DNA of 64,000 nucleotides, taken from positions 1,531,678-1,595,677 of the forward strand of contig WELB01000001.1 in NCBI GenBank assembly GCA_009602725.1. Direction: 5' to 3'. The position numbers were made by a program, and so were the translations under genes. The stretch is from Spirogloea muscicola. Lineage: Eukaryota. Of the stretch, positions 36,801 to 47,715 are shown piece by piece. The notes under the pieces are model-generated. The model made no database searches, was not told the origin of the DNA, and was given only the letters and a program-made list of their open reading frames with translations. How positions within the stretch are numbered: the first letter of the stretch is position 1; every line of letters begins with the position of its first letter.

Positions 36801-37113
36801 CGGGTGGGACGGCCAGGTCTATGAGTCCCTGTGCGACGCCATTTGCAACTTTGCGTCGCCAACTTTCCCGCTGAGCGCCGATGGCAGCTGCAACCCCTGC
36901 CAGCAGGGTTGTTCTGGCACCTGCTTTGGCCTCCCTGCGCCCTGGACCCCAGATTACTGCAACTGGATTGGGTGCCGCTTCCCGCCGTTCCCGCCCATCA
37001 CGTACTCGTGCAGCGACTACCTCATGGAATGTCAATCGTGCTGCTGGGGCCTGGGCTACGGTTCGTTTGCATTTGGCCTCTGCTTCCAAGCCTGCAGGTT
37101 GTGGAAATGCTAG
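33835..37113 (+). CDS. Multidomain papain-family (C1A) cysteine protease with 2 EGF-like, 5 LysM, Kazal-like domain and Cys-rich tail; 5' end lost in gap
   Basis: Exons 33835-34509, 34863-35565, 35863-36617 and 36742-37113, all GT-AG and in phase. Protease motifs [51 protein letters not shown]-like NPC...CG.G.C...YTC.C..GY twice. LysM Y....GDT...I......L..LNP five times. Kazal-like [19 protein letters not shown]. Confidence 0.9.
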
Positions 37114-39729
37114 GAACAAAACCCTTCCCTCTTCCCCTCCTCCCCCACCCCCCCCCCGTCCCTCAAGAAGCTCCAAACTACATTCCTCGTCAGCCAATTG
37201 TCGACAATGGCTACCAGCATCCTCCCCCTCGAAGGATGTCCCAATAGCGCCTGCAGAGCACCACCCAGCTTTTGCACCCCTAGACCTGCATCTGCACTGT
37301 GTGGGTGCGACTGCATGAGCAGACGACCTGGTAAACCAGGGTTTCCATGGCCACCCATAAAGTGAAGCGCTTGGGGATTGGACCTGCGCTGGCTCATTCC
37401 AACGTCATTGGGCAGGAGCCAGTTCGCAGGTCTTACTTCCAAAGTTGCAAAGGAGTCGTTTGTTGACAAGGCCTTAGAGGTGCAGGCTTCAGCAGACAGA
37501 CCTGCTAAGCATCAACTCATGCTATAGTGGCGGCCTTGGCCATGAAAGGCAGCTCCCAACTGCGCGGCTGCCTTTCATGGCTACGACTTGCCAGACGAGC
37601 CCAGTCTTTGGCTCTATAATTCTTTCTACAGCCTGCACCTTTGGATGCTGCTGTCCTCTGTGTAGGCAATGCAGAGCAAATGATGGCCTTACTGGTGACT
37701 TCTCTTTCTTGCTGACTGCCAGGGGGTTTCTGCACCTTGTACATCGATCACCACTTATGTATGGACGAGCTACTGTTCATAAACAGTTTGCCACAGCTAC
37801 TGTGACGCAGGCCGCACCAGCTCAAGTTGCTCCTGCTCCAACCTAGCCGAGCAGCGACCTAGGCACGATACCAAGCCTTCGCCTTCTATTGGAAGTGTCT
37901 CTCTTCGGGCTGGCCTCCAACAGCCATTGCCTGATACACGAAGAGTTGGCTACTGTTCAAACAGGGAGAGAAGGCGCGCGGTGCGCATGAAATTAAAGCG
38001 AGGCCAATTCAAGCCATTACATTGTTCAGGCAGAAAATGCAGAAAGTGCAAAGAATGCAGCGCAAAGAATGTGGCTACATGAAAAGACGCCCTATACTAG
38101 GAGGGCCGGAGGTGCCACAGAGCGGGGGGAGCCGTGCTGACGGGGGCCATGTCGACTCGACCGGTACCGCTTGTGGAGCTGCTAGAGGAGGTTGAGGAAN
38201 NNNNNNNNNNNNNNNNNNNNNNNNNNNNNNNNNNNNNNNNNNNNNNNNNNNNNNNNNNNNNNNNNNNNNNNNNNNNNNNNNNNNNNNNNNNNNNNNNNNN
38301 NNNNNNNNNNNNNNNNNNNNNNNNNNNNNNNNNNNNNNNNNNNNNNNNNNNNNNNNNNNNNNNNNNNNNNNNNNNNNNNNNNNNNNNNNNNNNNNNNNNN
38401 NNNNNNNNNNNNNNNNNNNNNNNNNNNNNNNNNNNNNNNNNNNNNNNNNNNNNNNNNNNNNNNNNNNNNNNNNNNNNNNNNNNNNNNNNNNNNNNNNNNN
38501 NNNNNNNNNNNNNNNNNNNNNNNNNNNNNNNNNNNNNNNNNNNNNNNNNNNNNNNNNNNNNNNNNNNNNNNNNNNNNNNNNNNNNNNNNNNNNNNNNNNN
38601 NNNNNNNNNNNNNNNNNNNNNNNNNNNNNGCTGCCCGTGAAGACAGGAGGCGCTTGGTAGGGGAGGACGAGCTCGGCTCCCGCCGGGGTAGAGGAGGCCG
38701 GGGCGCCCGAGGCCGCCGCCGCGGGGCTTGAAGCGTCGGGAGGAGCAGCTGTCGCTGGCGCAGGCACGGGGAACTGCTGCCCAGCCGAGGGTGACCGGGG
38801 GAACTCGGCAGCGGCGAGGGATCCGGAGGGGGGGGCCCAGGGTCTGCCGCGGCCTTGAGCGTGGGGCCCGAAGAAGCCCCGGGGCCTGGCGCGGCCATGA
38901 GCTCGTCGGCGCCAGCTCGCCAGCCGGCGGCAGCGGGGGGCGAAAGGACCGCCGCCGCCGCCGCGGCGGCGGCGGCGGCGGCGCGGGGGGCAAGCGCGGG
39001 CGCGCCAACGGTCGGGTTGGGGGTTGGAAAGAATCACAGGGAGATGGTGGGCATGGCCGGCGCCGTAGCAAGGATGGACACGTGTTGGGCAACAGTTGGC
39101 AGCGAGGGTTGAGGTGGGAGGCAGCGGCGGGGGAGAGAGAGAAGGCGCGCGGGGCGCATGAATTGAAAGGGAGGCCAATTCAAGCCAATACATTGTTCAG
39201 GCAGAGTCGAGTGCAGACTAAACAATGCTACATAATACGGAGACCTAATCTAAGGTAAGAGAAGAAAGAAGAAAGGGCTCGCCCATTGAGGATAGGGGCT
39301 GGAAAAGCCAGCCCAAAAAAGAATGAACAGAGTACGAGAAGGGGGAAGAGAGAGAAGGGGAGAAGGGGTGACGGGGGGTTTAAGGGATGCGGGGGGACTA
39401 AGCCAGCCCAGGAAGATATGGACAACGTCCGAATTGCCGATAGGCGCCAACCAGGAGAGGGCTCCGACCGGAGGAGCGGGAGATGGGGCGTGTAGCGGCC
39501 CGCGCGAGATGCGGCGGGCGGGGCCTCCCGCGTGCGCCCTCTGAGCCGCCAGGCCCCCCCACCTACTCGCCGGCGCAAGGGGGGGGGTTTGTGGGCTTGG
39601 CAGCTAGCTCCGGCCTCCCCGGCAGGAAGACGAAGAAGTAGACGTCCGGGAAGACGTCGCTGGCGGCTGGGCGGGTGATGCGCTGAGATCTGGCCACTTT
39701 TCTGAGGTCATTGAGTGCATCCATTCCTT

Positions 39730-42630
39730 TGCGCTAGCCTCTCACAGCCCCTGCTGTCAATTTGGAAGCGCTGTTTTCATTGTCTTACTGAGCGCGCAAT
39801 CGCAGGAGTCAACGAAGAAACTCTCCCAAGCAGAGGGCGATGGCTGTGATTGGCCATCCCTAGGAAATAAAATGGACAGTGTACGAAGCGGCCTGAAAGC
39901 GCCGAAGCACACAGCGACTCAAGTGGCAACTGGGTGCTCAATACCCCTTGTGGGAGAGTAACTTCGTGCTATTTGCGCCTTCCGGCCCTCTCTGACCTTC
40001 TACATTCTTTTGGGCTGGGCTGGCTTCCCACAGCCAGTGGGAGAGCCGATTCTCTCACAGCCATTGCCTCACAATGGAAGAGCTGTTTCTTTTTGAGCCG
40101 GCCTCGAGATCTCGCTCATTCCTTTTGTTCATTTCTTCTTACAGGCTGGCCAATCACAGCCATCGCCCTCTAAGTAGGTTCTGCGGAGGTTATGTAGATC
40201 TTTAGATGTGCTTGCCTTGTCGTTTTGGCGCTTGCGGCCCCTTACGGACCTTTGTAATGCTTTTCGGGCTCGGCTTTTCACAGCCCTCGCCCCCTTTGGA
40301 TATGCTTACATCTTCTGGCTGGCCCTCCACAGCCACGCCTTACTTTGGAGAAGCTTTTCTTGCTTTCCACAGCCTCCGCCCCCTGTGGAAAAATTGGTAA
40401 AACTGCTCCTCCTTTTCGCAGACATCGCGCGAGCTGCTTTCATTTATTGGGAGCGAGAGAAGGCGCGGCGCGCATGGAATGGAGGAGGCCAAGTTAAGCG
40501 AATGCACTGTGCAGGCAAAAGCAAGTGCAGAGAAAGGGGCTACACAAAGCGAAGCCCTTATGCTGAAGGGGGGCAATTCCGTGTATAAGAAACAAATGTA
40601 GGCCAAATGGCCAAGTACAAAGGCAAGCACATCTAAAGATCTACATAATCTACAGCAGATTGACCTGCTCAATAACCACGGGTCAAAACATAAAGGTCAC
40701 TAATCGATACATGAATACTAGATGCCAGAAACGGAGCCCTTCTGCCACCAACTAGAGCTCGCTGAAGGGGGGCGAGGTATGAGTGCGAAGCCTAGTTGGG
40801 AGGCCGGCGCCCGGCCTTGCGGCGACGACTGCGGCGGCGGCGGCGGAAGCGGCCGCGGCGCCGCTTTCTGCTGCAAGCGCGACGACAAGGCGCTGGTGGA
40901 GGGCCCTTTGCGGGCCGCCACGCCGGGAATAGGCCGGCGGCGAGCCCCAGTGGGGCGGAACGGGGTTCGGCGCTTCTCCGGCCGCCTACCTCCCACACCA
41001 CAACCCCACGGCTGGGCGGGGAGTCGCGACAGTCGGTTTCGCCCGTGCTGCCCGTCTCTTTCGGGCAGGCCGCTGGAGCCGCTTGAGATGTCTGCCCTGC
41101 GGAAGTGGCAGCCGGCAGCGCCCCATGGTGGGACCGGCTGCAAGTCACGTGACCGCCCGCCCCCTCTGCCCGACCGTGCCGGTTCCCTCCGTCTGCTCAA
41201 TTCCGGCGGTCGGTGGCGCTAGTTGAGCTTGCCGTTGAGTCCCCGGGAAGGCTTCCTGTTAGGACCCGCCGTCAAACTTCAGCCAAGAGTACGAGTTGGG
41301 CGGGGGTAAGTTGAAGAGAAGATGCACTCTTACCAGGGGGCAGTGGCTGTGAAAACAGAAACATACACTTCTTAAAGTGGATTCGGGCGAAGCTCAGTGC
41401 CGAGGATGTATGAATGTGAAAGAGAAGTGGCTCTCCCAATGGGGGCAAGGGCTGTGAGAAGCCAGCCCGAAAAGAGTTGACAAGGCTCGAAAGGGCCAAA
41501 TAGGGGCCTGAAGCGCTAAGCAGCTACTAAGGGGCCTGAAGATGTAAAAGGTGGACTTGCTGAGTGAATACAAGATCGTCCATAGGGGGCGGGGCGATCA
41601 CTGCGAAGGGCCAAGCCTGACGAGATTCAGGGAATTACACTTCTCAAAAAAGAAAGCAGCATTTCGAAAGGGGTTGAGGGGTGTGAAAAGCCAGCCACAA
41701 GATGGTGAACAAGGCTTAAAGTTGGAAGGCGCGGGGACCTGAACAGAGCTTTTCCAAGAGGGGCAATGACTGTGAGAAGCTCACCTGAAAGGGCGATAGC
41801 TCCTCTAGGAAGGCAATGGCTGTGAGAGCTCAGACGAATAAGCTGTTTAGGTACGGCAATAGCTGTGGGAGGCCAGCCCAAAAGGATTGGACAAGGTCCG
41901 AAAGGGCCAGAAGGGGCAAACAGATGAAATTACACTCCGTGACTTCTCTTAATGGATGCTAGATATTTTCTGGTCGACAAATGCGGATCGGAGTAACCAG
42001 AAGGCGGAGAAGGGTCGCCCTGCGTGTCGACACCCGGAGGCAGCAGCCAAGGCGCGGCCTGTCGATAATTGCACGTCACCCAGGAACGCTTGATGGGAGA
42101 GGGCAAGCGGCATTCTGTACATCTGATCGAGCGACCCTGACGACGCTGAAGCGGCTGCTCGCCCTGCTGCCCTTGACGGAGGAATGGACACGGTCCAACG
42201 GAGTCGAAGCACAAATCACTCAGGAAAGGGAATGACCACTAGGGCTGGCCGCTCAAAGTCCCTAGTCAAGAAGCTCGCGTGGAAAAAGAACACTATGATG
42301 GCAAGGCAATGATTGTGAGAGGCCAGCCCAAAGGAGTGAACAAGGTATAAAACGGGAACAACTAGCAGCCCCAAAAAGGAGCTCTTTCCTCGTATATTCG
42401 AGGTGGCAAGCTCTACCCAAGGAGGGAAGCTCTACCAAAGCCGGAGAGAGAAGCTCCTTTACAGCGCACTATGATTGTGGGAAGATAAAACTCTCCCAAT
42501 GGCTGTGAAAGGCCAGTATAAAAAAGAAGGCAACTCCTTTCCTGGACAAGGAAGGAGTTGCCTTATCTTAAGCTGCGGGCGGCGTTGGATAACAAAAGTT
42601 ACAACTAGCAGCAGCGATAGACTCTACCAA
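39730..42630. repeat. Dense cluster of short diverged repeats with a GGCTG-loop-CAGCC core (family B/E), plus A and D tails
   Basis: More than a dozen copies of ccttt-gggctggcc(N3)cacagcc-attgccc..ttggaagagct. Mostly + at 40000-40400 and - at 41330-42520. Tail A at 40580-40760. Confidence 0.8.
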
Positions 42631-43929
42631 GGAACTTCTTCATGACAGATCTGGATGCAAAGCCTTAATGGAGACTCACGCTGAGCAGCAAAGTACCAGG
42701 GCTGCCTCATAAGAAGACCCGATTGTCTGGCTTTCTCTGTCTCCTAGCCAGCGGAGATAGAGAAAGCTAGACAATCAGCTGCATCCTCGTCATCATCATC
42801 GAACTCCATGTTCTCATTCCAGAACTGCTGGCTCATCTTGGGATCAGATTATCTCGCCCCCATTTGCATCAATATCAATAATTTTTTCAGGCATGTTATG
42901 AATATGTCAGCGCATTGGGCGCTGTGCCCATGACAACGGACAGCTATACAGCAGAGACAGTACTTTACATTAAGGCCCAGAGAGCAGGGTATATTTGCAA
43001 AGCATCTTGACAAAGATTACAACTGACGATGTCCCACAGGATCTCACGCTTGATATTGCACAGAATATAATCCTCAGCAACAGATGGAGGCTGAGGTTGA
43101 GATGATGTCCGTGAAGGAGGCGTCCTACGTGTTCTGTCCTAGTACTCCTTGCCCGTACACGGGATCTCTAAGGAGCTACAGAGCGGATGGTAAGCTTAAG
43201 GCGCGTCAGGAGCTTGACAGGTCGCTGAAGTATCACAAGAGGAATATGCTGAACATAAGGGCAATTAGTGCTACACTGCGTTTGAGAGTGATACCACATA
43301 GAGGAGGTCTGCTTAAGCCCTAATGACAGGGCCCTGACAGCCACCTTCCCTGAAGAGGACGACAGTTTTGAGCCCGATAGACTGTGCGCTACTATGGGTG
43401 CAGATGTAGTACTCTCCGAAGAAGTCGATTGTGTAGCACTCTTAGGCGCCAAAATCATGGTCAGGGAGGTGAGCCTAAGCACTTTGTCTTATGTCTCACT
43501 ATCATAGGTAATTGAGATATTCCAGTCACATGACAGGGAGGACCTTGTCTACAACATTGTGGGCACTGACTACAGTCTGGGAGCAAAGAAGGAAGCGCGG
43601 CCAGATTGACTGGTGGCTGGGAAAGGCCAGCCCAAAAGAATGGACAAAGTCTGAGCAGAGGGTATAGGGCCCGGGGGGCCTTTCAATGTCCCTATGCATT
43701 TTGATGGTATCTCATAAGGGCATGGGTTAATTGTTCTTGGACCCATGTTTGTGCACTCGCGATTGCAACTCCCAGTACAGCATGCTGGTAGCAGTCCTTC
43801 AAGTATCCTACCCTCTCTTAAGCTCGATATTGGGCTATGGCCAACACATATCCCGTTAGAATTATAGACCTTACAATGTGACCGGTAACATATGAAGAAC
43901 TGGCAATTATATACCAAAGTAAAGGTTCC

Positions 43930-45164
43930 CTAAGGTGAACGGGTCTTTCCAGATAAGAGATTCTGTATGGCAGAGATCTGGCTTTGTAGCAGTGATGTAC
44001 TCAGATCAACGTCTATCTGAATGCCATGAGGGAACGCGATTAGGCTACCTGCTACGCTCATATCACGGACTACAAAAATTGACGGATAACTCAGTTCTGG
44101 TCGTAAGACCCATTGCTGCGTCATAGTACCGAGTGTAACAGAATCTGTGATAACATTCTCCTAGCACCATCATCTCCTAAGTCAATAACACTGATGGGGT
44201 TGCCGTTCATATCGTTCTGGGTCGAACGCGATATTCCTGCCAACAGGGATTCCAGATAGCTTATTCTAGAGTTCCATGTGGCTACCTAAGATTGAAAAGC
44301 TGTCAGTTGATTGTATGGGACCGAATGAAACAACAGCGCATGATAAGTCCCCCCCTGGAGTTGTTGTAACATATACATCGGTAACACCACTGTCAGGATC
44401 TTTTGCAGACATTAATACACATGTGATTGTGTACACAGCATTCACAACCAACTGAAAGTTGTAGGTTGCAGCTCCTACTGGTAACGAAGGTCCTTGCGGT
44501 TTGCAGTTGACAATACCATTAGTTGCTGATAGCCCAGTAACATAAGCCTTTGCTCCTAAGTCGTTTGTTACAAATTGGATATCTATGGAAAGACTTCTTG
44601 AGTCTGTCCCTGTTGTCTGTTTTATTCTTATCCCAGTTGCATACATGTAAAGACAACTTACATATGATGACTGTACTGAAGGGTCTATGTACTGAGATAT
44701 TGTAGATACGGAATTTGAGAAAGAGTTCTTGTTCTGAGAACTGCTAGATGCGCAAGATGTCTGTCTATAAGAGCTTTGAGCACCGTAAAATTGCATTTAT
44801 CCATCTCGTAGTGACTTCTATCAACACCTACTGTACCAGATATGATGCCCAGATAGTTTGCTTAACTGCGTTTACGTTAACAGCTGTCGAGCTGGCACTT
44901 TGAGATGACACATCCTTGCATATAATTCCTGTAACTGTAAGAGCTTAGATCTTGGCACATTGTAGACTGAAATTGTGAATAAGACAAAGACTGTGAGTCT
45001 ACTGATGACTGAAATATATTGTATACCCTTGCTTGGAGTACAGCAGCGCATGAAGCTGCACCAACATCCGAGAACGATTGTGCATAAACGCCGCTGATAA
45101 CAGCGGCCAATATTAGTACATGATCTACAATCAACAAGCTGGCGACTATCTGTACCTTATACAA
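43930..45164 (-). pseudogene. Frameshifted, apparently intronless gene for a secreted-looking Ser/Cys-rich protein in a lower-GC island
   Basis: Signal-peptide-like VLILAAVISGVYAQS, then SCAAVLQARVYNIFQSS...MCQDL. Frameshifts join DVSSQSASSTAVNV and ANYLGIISGTVGVD to ORF 44266-44796. An in-frame TAG at 44266 is followed by NKLSGIPVG. No ATG seen at the start. Confidence 0.6.
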
Positions 45165-46560
45165 AGTTGGGAATGGTGTTCAATTTCTATGTGTAAACAG
45201 AGCAATGTGCACTCTTCCCAGAACATGTAAGTTACAAACAAGTAAGCGTTACAAGTTGCCCGGATATCTCTGCATGTATGCGAAGAAGCTTTCTATAAGG
45301 TGAATGTGCATGTCTTTAAATTGCTCGCCCAAGATTACAAGACATTCAGCAAAGAAATCTGCTATTACTTAAGCAAGACTAAGCACATGATACGGATGTT
45401 ACCCTATATAGCGATTAACCAAGATAATAGCTGCATCGTCACCTTAAGAGTGTGCAAAGTCTGCCGAGTATTTGATCGTACAAGCCAACCAGCATGTACA
45501 GATCATGTAAGCAAAGCACCTCTGGTCAACTAATAATTCAGCCTTACGGGGTCGACTGGTGATTCAGCAAGTAACTTACACAGCAATTACGAGGCATAAA
45601 ACATGCCTTCTGGGTCAACTGGTTATTCAGCAAGACTATTCATCGCATGAAAGCTTGCTAACATCCCTTGAAGGTCCCGGACGCTCCCACCCTCTTCCTC
45701 AGAACCCTTCAACATAAAGTCCACCCAAGACCTGTGACTCTGCTGCCATTGCCATGGGCAAGAAGTGGAAGATAAAGCAAAGCAAATTTCCCAGGCGAGC
45801 TGCTTCTTCTTGATTGAGCCCCTCAATAGCAATTACTGAAGCCTGACCTTGAGCATCCACTGAGCTCCAAGAGAGCAGGTAAGACAAGCTCAATCTGACT
45901 ACTTTTGGGACACCCGCTGCAGCCGCATTTTCTTCAGGCGACCCTTAAGCTCCATCCAAGGATAGGCTTCAACTTTGGGGGTAAGAATACACAAAATCCA
46001 TGTCAAATGAAATGAATATCAAAAGCTCTAAAATCCGGGACTAGGACCTCCACTTCAAGGACCTTCGATGAAGTCAGCATCCTCAGAGGAAGCCTTCAGG
46101 CTTGTTATGATTCTGTATCATTAGTTTTGAGGGTGTTGAGAGTGTGGTGGATAGACAGGAAAGCTGATGGCTGTTATAAATAGTGGTGAACTATAAGCAT
46201 ATGGCATTGTTTTGACTGCCTAACTTGCCCGCTTTAAATGAACGGAGACCCATGGATCATGGAGGGGAGAGAATGGAACCCTCCAGTCGCTCAGGTCGTT
46301 TCCACTGCTTCTGGGTTAAGTAGCATTTGTAGGTCTTGTTACTTGTAGCTTCTCTGACCCCACAGCTCTTATGAGTAGTGCACTTACTAAGCTGAAGGCT
46401 GGGCCTCCTGCCTGTTTCTTTCTGTAAGAGACTTGGGGACAGGAAAGCTCGCTGTAAATCAGATTTAGGACCTCAGCGCTGAGGACCTTCCAGCAGAGGT
46501 TGGCAACGCAAGCCCTTAGTATATCTCTAAATGCGAAATCACCCCCATTGAGGATGTGAA

Positions 46561-46610
46561 CATGTGGTGTATAATTCGGGAGCTACCCAACATGTCTGCT
46601 CTCACAAAGA
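46561..46610 (+). mobile_element. Tiny copia protease remnant
   Basis: VVYNSGATQHVCSHKE resembles W..DSGAT.H.C, with the catalytic Asp replaced by Asn. Confidence 0.45.
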
Positions 46611-46749
46611 ATCCTCAAAACCCGTCCCTTTTCAAGCTCCACCCATGAGAGCTGCTTCCTCTGCAGATTGCATTCCCTCTGGCTGCCCCTTCAGACCTTG
46701 TCCAACCTTTTCGGGCTGGCCTCTCACACCCCTTGCCCCACTTGGAAGA

Positions 46750-47520
46750 GCTTACCTATCTGCATGGACTCCGCTGGCTTTCACAGCCGCCCCTTTATGT
46801 CAGCAGCCGCGTTCTTCTCCTTGACACCCTAGACATCGTGGATGTACAACCTGGCGGATGTCGGCAAGCCTTGTACCAATGTCCTTACTGACGAAGGCGT
46901 ACAAGAGTTCAGCGTCGACCCTCATGGCTGGTCACGCAGTGGAGAGTGCAGAGCAGAGAAAGCTGACTACCCCCGCAGCGATCATTTCCTACCTTCGGCT
47001 GCATGGGTCCCCGCTTTTATATCTTACTTGAGAACAGTGCTGGTCTAGGACATGCACGACCTGAGAGTGTATTTTCAGCCGAATGGGCCTGCCGGAGCAC
47101 AAGTACCGTCTTACACCGTGTGTCAGCCTGTTTGCAGTGAGCTCAGGGTCGTGGTTTGCACCTGATAGAAACAGCCTTTAAATGTAAGGGCATTAGCTGT
47201 GAGAGGCCAGCCTAAAAAGGAATAACTAAGCGACAAGAAGCTGGTCAACTATTAGCCGGCTCCTTCAGACCTTGTCCATTCCTTTGGGCTGGCCTCTCAC
47301 AGCCACCAGTCAATATGGCCGCGCTTTTCCTTTAGCTGGTGGCAGAAGGGCTTGTCATTTGCGGTCCGACATTCGGGCATCAGACCTCTACATACTGACT
47401 CGTTTTTACTGAGCGCGTCAGCCTATTTAGCAGGTGATGTATGTCTGTTTATGTGGTCTTTCTTCTGATGTGGTTGCCTTCAATACTTGGGCCACTCAGG
47501 CCCAAGGTACTCCATCACCC
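46750..47520 (+). mobile_element. Fragmented family-A LINE copy interrupted by family-E repeats
   Basis: AEKADYPRSDHFLP / FGCMGPRF matches the 29547 and 59870 copies. The 3' UTR lies at 47335-47520. Confidence 0.75.
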
Positions 47521-47715
47521 AACACACGCTCCCCTGTTTGCCATCAACGGCGGCCTTGTTCTTCCTCAGCTCCCCACCTCCCCGGCCAGGCGCGGATGCC
47601 GGCGGCGGCTCCGCGGCGGCGGCGGCGGCGGCGGCGGCCATGGCGGTCAGGATGCTGGGGCAGCTGCCGGCGCCCAAGCACGGGGCGGGGCTCGGCGGTT
47701 TGCCGGCGTACGATN

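Noticed and set aside
38630..39120. Minus-strand YQAPPVFTGS resembling the start of a gypsy gag
   Set aside because: It runs straight into a gap, leaving too little sequence to call.
41612..41665. CTGACGA motif suggesting a hammerhead ribozyme
   Set aside because: No stem II closing onto GAAA and no flanking stems I or III.
39730..42630. CRISPR-like array of palindromic repeats
   Set aside because: Eukaryotic context, irregular spacing, mixed orientation, diverged units and no cas genes.
42527..42790. Helitron 3' end
   Set aside because: No CTRR terminus at the expected short distance from either hairpin.
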